From NCBI GenBank assembly GCA_017961285.1, contig JAGCXO010000005.1:1-56151 (forward strand): 56,151 bases of DNA. The letters run 5' to 3'. This DNA is from Alphaproteobacteria bacterium. GTDB lineage: Bacteria > Pseudomonadota > Alphaproteobacteria > RF32 > CAG-239. Position numbers and translations under genes: made by a program. Of the stretch, positions 10,086 through 19,890 are shown piece by piece. The notes under the pieces are model-generated. The model was not told the origin of the DNA, ran no database searches, and was given only the letters and a program-made list of their open reading frames with translations. Positions within the stretch are counted from its first letter, which is position 1, and each line of letters starts with the position of its first letter.

Positions 10086-12956
10086 ATGAAGCTTGTATTA
10101 AAATTGTTATTATTGAGCATCATACTTATATCAACAAACCTATCTGCCCAAGAAAACGTCTCAACACTTTCTTCCACCACTCAAGAAACAACTGAAAATA
10201 AGTGGTTGTTTGATCTAAAATGGTGGAAAAGAGCAACTCCGCAAGATGTTGAAACAATCATAAACAACGGAGCCTATGCCGATGCGGAAAGCGATTATGG
10301 CGGTTATACCCCTCTGATACTTGCCGCTCAAAACAATAACAATCCGAAAGTTATAGAAACACTCATAAAAAACGGCGCAAATGTTAATGGAAAAAACGAA
10401 GAAGGAGTAACTGCTCTAATGATGGCTGTAGCTTCCGGCAACAATCCTGAAATTACAGAAACTCTCATTAAAAACGGTGCTGATGTCAATGCAAAAAGCA
10501 AATATGATCAAACACCCCTAATGTTTGCAACCTCAAAACAAAAAACACCAGTCGAAAAGTTTGCAGTTATCCCTAACAACTCGGAGATCGACACCATAAA
10601 CGCACAAATTGCAGAAACGCAACTCAAAAACATAAACCTGCTGATCCAAAACAAAGCCGATATCAATGCCAAAAACACTTCTGGAGTGAGCGCATTGATG
10701 TATGCTGCATTTGAGAATAACAACCTTGAAGTTATCGAAACACTCATCAAACATGGTGCCGATGTCAACGCCACAGATATGGATGGCGAAAATGCCCTGA
10801 TGTCAGCAGCTTTTCAAAACGACAATCCGCAAATTATTGAAACACTCATCAAACACGGCGCCGATGTCAATGCCAAAGACAATAACGGCTATACAGCTTT
10901 GTTAAAAGCAGCCTCTGCCAATACCAATCCACAAGTTATCGAAACACTCATCAAAAATGGTGCCGACATTAACATAACCGGAAAAAACGGAGAAACTCCT
11001 TTAATATTGGCGGCATCCTCCAACCCTGCTTTTGCCATGCCCACACAATTCAAACGCGGAGCCGGCAAAGATACTGACATATGGCTTGGATTACTTGGAA
11101 TGATGGCAGTTTCTCTTTCTGATGAGGATAATCCCGAACAACTCAAAGCGAAAATAAGCATAATAGAAAACCTTATCAATCACGGTATTGATGTAAATGC
11201 CCAAGACAACAACGGACAAACAGCCCTGATGTATGCCGCCTCATTTACACAAAATCCCGAAGTTATCGAAACTCTCCTCAAAAACGGTGCTGATATAAAT
11301 GCAAAAGACAAAACCGGACACACAGCTCTAATGGCTGCGGCAAAACATACCGAAAACCCGCAAATTATTGAAACACTCATCAAACACGGTGCCGATATCA
11401 ACGCCAAAACCGAAAGCGGCAAAACAGCTTTTATGTATGCCGCAAAGAATAAAAAAGCTGCCATTTTGGAAACATTCACAAAATACACAAAAGATGCCGA
11501 TATAAAAGAAATCAGCGATGGAGAAAATTTGATAAAAATTGCCGGCACCACCAATGATGTTGAAATTATAGAAAATATGATAAAAAACGGAGCTGACGTC
11601 AATGCCAAAGATGAAATAGGAAAAACAGCTTTGATGACTGCCGCACAATTTAGCAATTTCGCTGCCGTTGAAACGCTCATCAAACATGGTGCTGATGTCA
11701 ATGCCGGAGACAATAACAAGCATACTGCATTATTCTATGCAAACCGAGCAGAAATTGTTGAAATCCTCATCAAACATGGAGCAGACGTCAACGCAGTTGC
11801 CGAATTTGGCAGAACCGTTCTTTTATATTCAACAAATAAAAGAGCGGATGTTATCGAAGCACTCATCAAAAACGGGGCTGATGTCAATGCAAGAGACGGC
11901 AATAATAATACAATTTTAATGAATGCTATAAGTAATGGACATGAACATGCAATTCTCCCACTTCTCAAACACGGCGCAGACATCAATGCCAAAGGTGATG
12001 GAGATTGGACAGCTTTAATGAGCGCTGTGCATAACAATAATCAGAAACTTGTTGAAATACTCATTGAACATGGCGCAGATGTCAATGCCAAAAATAATGA
12101 GGGTAGAACAGCATTAGATGATGCCCTAAACCAATATAATAAAGGTTATATCAAAAGCCCAATCATTGTCGAAACTCTCATCAAAAACGGAGCAAAAGAC
12201 AAAGATGGCAATGTTCCGACTATAACATCCAATAATCCTCAAGAAACAGCCCTCAATGAGTGGCCGTCCGAGTTAAACTCACCCTTTTATTATAAATGGT
12301 GGAAAAAAGCAACGCCGCAAGATATAGAAACACGCATCAAAAACGGAGCAGACATAAATGCCAAAGAAAACCCTCTAAAATTAGCAATAGAATATAATAA
12401 AAACCCGGCAGTTACCGAAATGCTCATCAAGCATGGTGCTAATTTATCAAGCATGTCAATTTTTTATGCCGCACTTTCAAACAAAAACCTCGAAATTTTA
12501 GAAACTCTTATCAAGCATGGAGCTGATGTCAATTTTAAAGATAATGACGGAGAAACTCCCCTAATGCATGCTGTTAAGAACCCTCAAGCTACTGAAATAC
12601 TCATCAAACATGGCGCTGATTTAAATGCAAAAGACAAAGATGGAAATACTGCTTTAATACATGCAATAAAAAAGGGGAGATTCTCCAATCCCAATGTTGT
12701 AAAAATACTTCTTGAGCATGGTGCCGATATTAATGTCAAAAGCAATACAGGAAATGTTTTAGAGATTGCTGCTTTTAGCGGAAATTCGCAAGTGATAGAA
12801 ACACTACTTGAACACGGAGAAAATATCAATATAAACAACACCGACTTTTTTGATGCTCCACCTTTAATATTAGCAATAGTAAATGATGCAGTACCTGCTG
12901 ACACCATAGAAACTTTCATCAAACATGGTGCTGACGTTAATATAAAAAAAAAGTAA
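10086..12956 (+). CDS. Secreted ankyrin-repeat protein (long paralog); frameshifted C-terminus continues to 13143
   Basis: Signal peptide; more than 20 ankyrin repeats; ends abruptly at DVNIKKK* inside an A9 tract. Confidence 0.88.
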   Translation: MKLVLKLLLLSIILISTNLSAQENVSTLSSTTQETTENKWLFDLKWWKRATPQDVETIINNGAYADAESDYGGYTPLILAAQNNNNPKVIETLIKNGANVNGKNEEGVTALMMAVASGNNPEITETLIKNGADVNAKSKYDQTPLMFATSKQKTPVEKFAVIPNNSEIDTINAQIAETQLKNINLLIQNKADINAKNTSGVSALMYAAFENNNLEVIETLIKHGADVNATDMDGENALMSAAFQNDNPQIIETLIKHGADVNAKDNNGYTALLKAASANTNPQVIETLIKNGADINITGKNGETPLILAASSNPAFAMPTQFKRGAGKDTDIWLGLLGMMAVSLSDEDNPEQLKAKISIIENLINHGIDVNAQDNNGQTALMYAASFTQNPEVIETLLKNGADINAKDKTGHTALMAAAKHTENPQIIETLIKHGADINAKTESGKTAFMYAAKNKKAAILETFTKYTKDADIKEISDGENLIKIAGTTNDVEIIENMIKNGADVNAKDEIGKTALMTAAQFSNFAAVETLIKHGADVNAGDNNKHTALFYANRAEIVEILIKHGADVNAVAEFGRTVLLYSTNKRADVIEALIKNGADVNARDGNNNTILMNAISNGHEHAILPLLKHGADINAKGDGDWTALMSAVHNNNQKLVEILIEHGADVNAKNNEGRTALDDALNQYNKGYIKSPIIVETLIKNGAKDKDGNVPTITSNNPQETALNEWPSELNSPFYYKWWKKATPQDIETRIKNGADINAKENPLKLAIEYNKNPAVTEMLIKHGANLSSMSIFYAALSNKNLEILETLIKHGADVNFKDNDGETPLMHAVKNPQATEILIKHGADLNAKDKDGNTALIHAIKKGRFSNPNVVKILLEHGADINVKSNTGNVLEIAAFSGNSQVIETLLEHGENININNTDFFDAPPLILAIVNDAVPADTIETFIKHGADVNIKKK

Positions 12957-13143
12957 TGATGGTAATACACCGTTGATGTTTGCCACAGTTTCAAGAAACC
13001 CTAACAGTCCTCAAATTATTGAAGTTCTTCTCAAACATGGCGCAAATGTCAATGCCAAAAATAATAGAGGAGAAACTGCCGCTGACATCGCCAAACGGAT
13101 AAACCGCCAAGACATTCTTTCAATACTGGAAAAATATCAGTAA
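12952..13143 (+). pseudogene. Out-of-frame 3' end of the long ankyrin gene
   Basis: +1 frame reads SNDGNTPLMFA...LLKHGANVNAKNNRGETAADIAKRINRQDILSILEKYQ*, matching the C-terminus of the 9188 paralog. Confidence 0.85.
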
Positions 13144-13871
13144 TAAAACAAATACCACAACCTGTTTTTGAGTTTTTGCCACAGCTTGCACCTAACGCAA
13201 ATTTTGCGCTTCAATTTCGGCTTTTGCAAATTGTCTAAATAAAGTGCTAGTTCTCTGACAAAAGGTAAAGTTACGTCCAAAACTTCTGAAGAATTTTCGT
13301 TAAAATCACGATATTTCTTAGTCCACTCCAACTGCATGGCTGTCGCTTGCGACAACTCTCGTTGCAAACGCCCCACCAACCCTGGCTGTCCTGTATATGA
13401 TGGATGATTGACAACATATTTCAACTTATATTTCTGACAAAGCTTTTTGATAAAAACCAACTCCTCAGCATAATCTTTAGGCGAACAATAACCAATTCCT
13501 ACCGCCAAATCAAAAGGCCTGTTTTTCATGGCATGAATATCCAAAAAATAGTGCTTTTCCAAATGGTTTTCTGCAATAAACGAATTAATCACACATTTTT
13601 CATCAATATATTTATTGCGCACAATATATGACATCCCACAAGTTTCACCCAAATATTTTACAATTCCTCCGGTAAACTTATCGTTCAGTTTAATGTGTTT
13701 ATTGGCTGTCGTTTTTGTTGAATGAGGCGCACTCAAACAAACATAAGAATTGTTCTCCGTATATGAAAAAACCTCATCATCTTCCGCATTGCCGAAATAG
13801 CTGTTTTCAGAAAACAGCTTTTCAAAATCATTCAACTGTTTAACAGTTTTTTTATTCATCATTCCTCTCAA
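13137..13871 (-). CDS. Hypothetical protein, possibly N-formylglutamate amidohydrolase-like fold
   Basis: SAPHS, LDIHAM, DLAVG, MQLEW resemble that fold; weak. Confidence 0.5.
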   Translation of the reverse strand: MRGMMNKKTVKQLNDFEKLFSENSYFGNAEDDEVFSYTENNSYVCLSAPHSTKTTANKHIKLNDKFTGGIVKYLGETCGMSYIVRNKYIDEKCVINSFIAENHLEKHYFLDIHAMKNRPFDLAVGIGYCSPKDYAEELVFIKKLCQKYKLKYVVNHPSYTGQPGLVGRLQRELSQATAMQLEWTKKYRDFNENSSEVLDVTLPFVRELALYLDNLQKPKLKRKICVRCKLWQKLKNRLWYLFYY

Positions 13872-13915
13872 AAGATAATAATATCACCAAGGACTTAATT
13901 TATCCTTAAACATAC

Positions 13916-13943
13916 AAAAACCGCCCTCAAAAGGACGGTTTTT
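13916..13943 (-). terminator. Terminator after tRNA-Thr
   Basis: AAAAACCG.CCT-caaa-AGG.CGGTTTTT. Confidence 0.65.
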
Positions 13944-13950
13944 CTTTAAC

Positions 13951-14026
13951 TGGTGCCGCTTGCGTGAATCGAACACGCGACAACACGATTACGAATCGTG
14001 TGCTCTACCAACTGAGCTAAAGCGGC
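13951..14026 (-). tRNA. tRNA-Thr(CGT)
   Basis: Reverse complement GCCGCTTTAGCTCAGTTGG...CACGA-TTCGTAA-TCGTG...GTTCGATT...GCGGCACCA, 76 nt. Confidence 0.96.
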
Positions 14027-14028
14027 AT

Positions 14029-15372
14029 TTACAATGCCTCGACAATCCTCATAAAATGATTGCCTCTTTCCATAAAATTTTTATAAAAATCAAAGCTTGG
14101 ACTGGTCGGCGTAAACAACACCGCTCCACCCCCAATCTTTTGCAACAAATCATAGGCTGATGCAACAGCTTTTTCCAAACTATCCACCTCCAACAGCTCA
14201 AAATCATCTCTTTTCACTCCCTCTCGCAAAGCCGAAGCAATTTTCGACCCCGTTTGATAGAGTGTTATAACGGCTTTAACATTAACACAAGCCTCAACGC
14301 TTTTGGCATAGTCGGTATAGTCTTGTTTATTGTCCTGCCCGCCCGAAATCAGCACCAAATTTTCGGCAAAACTCCTCATCGCTCCGATTGCCGCTTCCGG
14401 CGCGGTTGAAATGCTGTCATTAATAAACAAAACTCGGTTCTTCACCGCCACTTTTTGCAATCTGTGCGGCAAAGGCTCAAAATCGCGCAGAATTTCCGCC
14501 GCCTTTTTTATATCCATCCCCAAATATTGCAATATACTGAAAACACCGGCCAAATTATCCAAATTATGATTGCCGCTCAGTTTCAAATCATCAATCACCA
14601 AAAGCTTTTCTCTGCCGCAATAAAGAGCCTTTCCCTCGGCATGAAAACCATCTTCACAATTATAAAATTTTCGTTTGTCGGCATAAACTTCCGAATAGTC
14701 AACCAACTGCTGATTGCGCGCATTCACAAAAAAGACATCCCCGCCTTTTTGATTCGCCACCAAATGCATTTTATCTTTGCAATAATTCTCATGTCCGTTA
14801 TGCCAATCGCTATGAACATAAAACAAATTCGTAAACATCACGACATCTGGCGAAATTGTCAAATCAACCGCCTGATAACTCGAAATTTCCGCCACCAAAA
14901 AGTCATATTTTTCATCAACCAACTCAATCAACGGCCGACCGATATTTCCGCCCAGCCCGACTTTATATCCCAATTTTTCAAGCATAAAAGCCAAGGCACT
15001 GACACTGGTGCTTTTCCCCTTCGAGCCGCTGATTGCCACAATTTTGCATTTAGGATATTTTTCTCTTATCTCGTGCAAACACAAATCGCTGACCGTTGTA
15101 ACTTTGTTGCGATATTTTATAATTTCCGGCTTATAAACACTGACCCCCGGTGAACGAATAATCACATCCGCTTCTTTACATCCGGCATCAAGTTTATTTC
15201 CGCAATAAAGTTTATATTTTTCAAAACCTTCCGGCTTTTCGCACACATCATCATTAAGCAAAACAAATTTTTCCGTTATCTTATGAGAAAAAAGATAATT
15301 GAGAATTTCCTTTCCTTCTTTTCCCATTCCCCAAACGGCAACAATCTTGCCCCGCAAATCACTTATTTTCAT
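14029..15372 (-). CDS. murD: UDP-MurNAc-L-Ala:glutamate ligase (MurD family, MurD2-like)
   Basis: RSPGVS, SGSKGKST P-loop, GGNIG, EISSYQ, HRLQ, NDSIST, SFD.YKNF.ERG. Confidence 0.9.
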   Translation of the reverse strand: MKISDLRGKIVAVWGMGKEGKEILNYLFSHKITEKFVLLNDDVCEKPEGFEKYKLYCGNKLDAGCKEADVIIRSPGVSVYKPEIIKYRNKVTTVSDLCLHEIREKYPKCKIVAISGSKGKSTSVSALAFMLEKLGYKVGLGGNIGRPLIELVDEKYDFLVAEISSYQAVDLTISPDVVMFTNLFYVHSDWHNGHENYCKDKMHLVANQKGGDVFFVNARNQQLVDYSEVYADKRKFYNCEDGFHAEGKALYCGREKLLVIDDLKLSGNHNLDNLAGVFSILQYLGMDIKKAAEILRDFEPLPHRLQKVAVKNRVLFINDSISTAPEAAIGAMRSFAENLVLISGGQDNKQDYTDYAKSVEACVNVKAVITLYQTGSKIASALREGVKRDDFELLEVDSLEKAVASAYDLLQKIGGGAVLFTPTSPSFDFYKNFMERGNHFMRIVEAL

Positions 15373-17792
15373 TTATTATTGTCCGCATCATCATTTGCAT
15401 TATGAACAACAACCTGACTGAACGGAATCTCGATTCCTTCTTCAATAAATCTGCGATTAATTTCAAATCTCAACTCACTCGGAATTACCCATCCGTTCCA
15501 AATATTGCTGCTATATCCGCGCAGCTCAAAATCCAAACTGCTGGAACCGAAATCTTGGAATAAAACATAAGGCTCCGGCTTTTTCAAAACCCCCTTATTT
15601 TTTGCCGCACACTCCAACAAAATTTGCTTAACTTTTTCAACATCCGAGCCATATGCAACCCCGACTTTTACACTAAACCTCATCCAATTATTTCCATGCG
15701 TCAAGTTAGTTACAGAATTTGAAAGCACCGTAGCGTTCGGCACAATTACGCTTGCTCGATTAAAAGTTTCTATCTCTGTCGAACGAATATTAATTTGCTT
15801 AACCGTTCCTTCCTCACCGTTAATAATCACCCAATCACCGACCTTAACCGGTCTTTCAAACAACAAAATAATACCCGAAACAAAGTTGTTTACAATATTC
15901 TGCAAACCTAAACCGATACCGACTGACAAGGCACCTGCAACCAAGGCCAGATTGCTCAAATCCGCTCCCATCACCACCATCGCCAGCATAATCGATATCA
16001 CAAAACCGACAAACCCGAAACCTGATCCCAGCGAGTGTTTTATACCATCATCAATATCGAGGTGCGATAAAATATTTTCCACAAACTTGCGGCGCAAAAT
16101 TCTGAACACGGTAATCGAAATAAAGAATACTGCAATCGCCAACATAACCAAAACTAACGATATTTCCACATCGCCAATCTTAAAACCAAAGAACAGTTTT
16201 TTAACGCTATGCAGCAATATATCTGTAGAAACGCCCCACAAAGTCAATATTACCAACAACGCTAATACCGAAAAAATGGGATCCAACGTAACATTGAGCC
16301 AAAAATCAATTTTTGTCAGCATTTGACGGCGCAAACGAAGTTTCTTAAACCAAAATCCCAACAAAAATAATCTTCTTATCAGTTCAAATATAACCTTGCG
16401 TATCATAAACAATATCACAATAAACAGAACTGAAACCATAAATCTGTTAACAATAAACGATGACAAACGAGGATACCCGAAAAGCGAAACACCTATTATC
16501 AGAGCCGCCGAAACCATTGAGAACAAAATAACTCTCAAAGCATAACTGGTTCCCGTCTCATTATTATCCTGATTCTCTTCATTTGTACTCTTTTCAACTT
16601 CAGAAAAAGCTTTTTCCCAGAAAAATCTCTTAACAATCCATACAATACAAAAAGTTTTCACAATAACGGAAATAACCGTAAGAAAATATATCAAATCCAT
16701 TGAATAATTTGCTTGCTCGGCAATATGTTTCAACATAGCCGCAGCCCCAATCATGAAAAAGCTCATATAAAAAGTATGTGTCATCATCCGCGCTTTTGCG
16801 CTGTCCATACTAATCAATCTTCTCCTTGGATTATACGGCGCAAAAACCACTCTGATTGCGGCATTTGCCAAAAAGATATGCAAAGCATAGAACAAAAAGC
16901 TTGAAACAACCAACCCGAAAAAACCGACATTTAAAATCGGATTATGCTTAAACCAAACTAAAAAACCCCCTAGCATCACCGCAGGAATAATACCATATGC
17001 ACACGCCGCAAAAAAAGCTACGATAATTTTGGTAAAATAAGGCGTAATGCCTGCAAGCTTTTTCCTATAAACCAAATGCTTAATAATCATCACCCGCAAA
17101 AATATACCGACTGCCAAAGCGACTGCTACCATCAAGAACACAATAAACAGGTTCGAATGAACAACATTTTTATTTTCAGGCGACAAATCGGCATACCATT
17201 TTATCGGTGAAGTCAAAATAGCAAAGCCGAAATTTACAAACTCCGCCGTTGCTCGCAACAAATTCTTCGGATAAATTATCGGATCCTGATAATATAATAA
17301 ATTTCCGATAAGCGCCTGCTTACGCAAATCAGAAATCTTTGTTGTCAGTTCTTCGGCTTTGGTAATCAACAAATCTGCTTCGGCAATCTTTCCCTTTTGA
17401 AAAACCAATTCATCATTATATTCTTTACGCTTTTCAGCAATCACCGGCAACTCTTCCTCACCGTCTTTCGGCATCTCTCCCAATGATTCGATACGCTTAT
17501 TTATATTTTTAAGATCATTATCCATCAGCTTACGATTTTCCTGCATTTGGCTCGCAGTTGCCGCAAGATAAGACACATATCTACTAATTGTGCGCGGTTC
17601 AAAATTACCTGTTTTCAAAGCATCTTCAATAGCATTCAATTCCTTGCTTATATTTTGATAATCAATCACTTGCACCACCGAACTGACCACAAAAGTTTGT
17701 GCATCAACCTCAGCTTGTGTGCTGTCCGCCGCTTGCGCCCCAAAAGCAAAAAATGCCAAAAACGCAAAAATATAAGCAAATTTATTCATCAC
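15369..17792 (-). CDS. Large MscS-family mechanosensitive channel (MscK-like)
   Basis: Periplasmic coiled coil, many TMs, GALSVGIGLGLQNIVNNFVSG, ERPVKVGDW, IEIPF. Confidence 0.92.
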   Translation of the reverse strand: MMNKFAYIFAFLAFFAFGAQAADSTQAEVDAQTFVVSSVVQVIDYQNISKELNAIEDALKTGNFEPRTISRYVSYLAATASQMQENRKLMDNDLKNINKRIESLGEMPKDGEEELPVIAEKRKEYNDELVFQKGKIAEADLLITKAEELTTKISDLRKQALIGNLLYYQDPIIYPKNLLRATAEFVNFGFAILTSPIKWYADLSPENKNVVHSNLFIVFLMVAVALAVGIFLRVMIIKHLVYRKKLAGITPYFTKIIVAFFAACAYGIIPAVMLGGFLVWFKHNPILNVGFFGLVVSSFLFYALHIFLANAAIRVVFAPYNPRRRLISMDSAKARMMTHTFYMSFFMIGAAAMLKHIAEQANYSMDLIYFLTVISVIVKTFCIVWIVKRFFWEKAFSEVEKSTNEENQDNNETGTSYALRVILFSMVSAALIIGVSLFGYPRLSSFIVNRFMVSVLFIVILFMIRKVIFELIRRLFLLGFWFKKLRLRRQMLTKIDFWLNVTLDPIFSVLALLVILTLWGVSTDILLHSVKKLFFGFKIGDVEISLVLVMLAIAVFFISITVFRILRRKFVENILSHLDIDDGIKHSLGSGFGFVGFVISIMLAMVVMGADLSNLALVAGALSVGIGLGLQNIVNNFVSGIILLFERPVKVGDWVIINGEEGTVKQINIRSTEIETFNRASVIVPNATVLSNSVTNLTHGNNWMRFSVKVGVAYGSDVEKVKQILLECAAKNKGVLKKPEPYVLFQDFGSSSLDFELRGYSSNIWNGWVIPSELRFEINRRFIEEGIEIPFSQVVVHNANDDADNNK

Positions 17793-17804
17793 AAAAACTC
17801 CTCA

Positions 17805-18803
17805 TTAAGCCCATTTTTTAATAATATTATAGATATTTCCGGCAACCCCGAAACGCAAATCATCTGCCACCGTCCAAAAGCTGAAACCGCTCTTTACCGA
17901 AACATCTTGTCTCAATCGGCTGATATAAACTTCTTGCTCACCTTGAACATCACTCAAAGTTACATACCCGCCCTTTGTCTTCTTGTCAAAAACAATCAAA
18001 CCATTAACTTTTTTCATCAGCTTTTCGACATCAGCAACATCAACATCTTTTTCGCATTCAACATTAACATAAGCGGCACTTCCCACAAAAGCCGGCACAA
18101 TGGCACAATTTGCATGCACTTTAATATCATGCCCGACAATTTTTTTGACTTCGGCATTGATTTTCCACTCATACTGTGTTTCATCACCGATAAAATCTTC
18201 CACTTGCGGAATAACATTAAAAGCCACCTGCTTTTCAAAAACTTTCTGATTGTCAACCAAACTTTCGTTCATAAAAATTTTTCTTGTCTGCGCAAACAAT
18301 TCATCCATAGCCTCTGTGCCATATATAGAAGTAGAATTATATGTCGAGACAATCAATCTTTTGATTTTATATTCTTTATCGACTTCCCTAAGCGGCAACA
18401 AAATCTGCGCCACCACCGCCGACGGAATCATCACCAAATTCACATCTTTTTTGTTGAGCAAATCATCATTGAGCCCCGACAAAATCATCGGCACATCATC
18501 ACGCCCGAAAAATATATTGCTACAATCAATCACCTTAACTTTTTTATCCAAAGCCTTATGCACATAACGCTTCGAAACTTCTTCCTCCGCCGCAAAAACA
18601 GCCACATCAACTCCGGAAAAATCAAAACCTTCCAAATTTATAACATCAATATCGTCTTCTTCACCGAAAGCCGCTTGTGTTCCCAATGGCACCGCAACGT
18701 CCATAGCAATGACATTTTCTTTTTTATATCCGTCATTGGCTAAAAAAGCCAACACTTCACGACCAACACTGCTATCTGCGCCAATCACTGCAATTTTTTT
18801 CAT
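17805..18803 (-). CDS. Aspartate-semialdehyde dehydrogenase homolog lacking catalytic residues (USG-like)
   Basis: Asd fold motifs (VAFNVIPQ, ISRLRQD, WTVADDLR) but no NPNC Cys and no GHS His. Confidence 0.85.
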   Translation of the reverse strand: MKKIAVIGADSSVGREVLAFLANDGYKKENVIAMDVAVPLGTQAAFGEEDDIDVINLEGFDFSGVDVAVFAAEEEVSKRYVHKALDKKVKVIDCSNIFFGRDDVPMILSGLNDDLLNKKDVNLVMIPSAVVAQILLPLREVDKEYKIKRLIVSTYNSTSIYGTEAMDELFAQTRKIFMNESLVDNQKVFEKQVAFNVIPQVEDFIGDETQYEWKINAEVKKIVGHDIKVHANCAIVPAFVGSAAYVNVECEKDVDVADVEKLMKKVNGLIVFDKKTKGGYVTLSDVQGEQEVYISRLRQDVSVKSGFSFWTVADDLRFGVAGNIYNIIKKWA

Positions 18804-18816
18804 TTTTACCTCACAA

Positions 18817-19890
18817 TCAATCCAATTCCGCCAAACGTTGTGCCTGATCTTCGGCAATCAGCGCATCAATAATTTCTCCCAGAGCATCACCTGAAACAAC
18901 TTCATCAAGTTTATACAAAGTCAGGTTAATTCTATGATCCGTAACTCTTCCCTGCGGATAATTATAAGTTCTGATTCTCTCCGAGCGATCACCGCTGCCG
19001 ACTTGCAATTTTCTTCTTTCGGAATATGCGGAATCAATCGAATTTTTCTGTTGATCATACAACTTTGCACGCAACTGTCTCATTGCCTGCTCTTTGTTCT
19101 TGAACTGCGAACGTCCGTCCTGACATTGCACCACCGTTCCCGTCGGAATATGTGTAATTCTCACCGCAGATTCGGTTTTATTAATATGTTGTCCTCCGGC
19201 ACCCGATGCTCTATAAACATCAATTTTCAAATCCGCCGGATTTATCTCAAAATCAACTTCCTCAATTTCCGGCAAAACCGCAACCGTTGCCGCCGAAGTA
19301 TGCACTCTTCCCTGCGATTCCGTAACCGGCACTCTCTGCACTCTGTGCGCACCGGACTCAAACTTCAACTTCAAAAAAACATCTTTTCCGGTAATACTGG
19401 CAGAAGCTTCTTTATATCCTCCCAAACCGTTTTCGTTTGCATCCAAAACCTCAAAAGTCCATCCCTGCAAAACCGCATATCTTCTATACATCTCGAACAA
19501 AACAGCCGCGAACAAAGCCGCTTCATCACCGCCGGTTCCGGCTCTCACCTCCAAAATTGCATTTTTTTCATCTTCCGCATCTTTCGGCAAAAGCAAGACC
19601 TTAATTTCTTTTTCCAACTCCGGCAATTTTTCTTTCAGCTCATAAAATTCCATCGAAGCCATCGCCTGCATTTCTTTATCAACCGAATCATCATACATCA
19701 GCGATTCGGCCTCTTTCATATTTTTTTCCGCTTTCTGATAGGCATGAATTGCCCCCACCACCGGCTCAAGCTCGGAAAGTTCTTTGTTCATTTTTATCAT
19801 TTCCTCGGCACTCAAACCCGGCGCGGAAAGCAGTGACGAAATTTCGTCATAACGATTAACTACATTCGCTAAATTTTCTGCAAAACTCAT
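18817..19890 (-). CDS. prfA: Peptide chain release factor 1
   Basis: [13 protein letters not shown] recognition motif, [17 protein letters not shown]. Confidence 0.97.
   Translation of the reverse strand: MSFAENLANVVNRYDEISSLLSAPGLSAEEMIKMNKELSELEPVVGAIHAYQKAEKNMKEAESLMYDDSVDKEMQAMASMEFYELKEKLPELEKEIKVLLLPKDAEDEKNAILEVRAGTGGDEAALFAAVLFEMYRRYAVLQGWTFEVLDANENGLGGYKEASASITGKDVFLKLKFESGAHRVQRVPVTESQGRVHTSAATVAVLPEIEEVDFEINPADLKIDVYRASGAGGQHINKTESAVRITHIPTGTVVQCQDGRSQFKNKEQAMRQLRAKLYDQQKNSIDSAYSERRKLQVGSGDRSERIRTYNYPQGRVTDHRINLTLYKLDEVVSGDALGEIIDALIAEDQAQRLAELD

Noticed and set aside
12946-12956. Classic -1 programmed frameshift at A-AAA-AAG
   Set aside because: The -1 frame stops after about 7 codons; the ankyrin continuation is in the +1 frame
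13895-13909. CtrA box TTAA-N7-TTAA (and a variant at 46174-46188)
   Set aside because: Likely by chance in AT-rich DNA; cannot be supported without a genome-wide test
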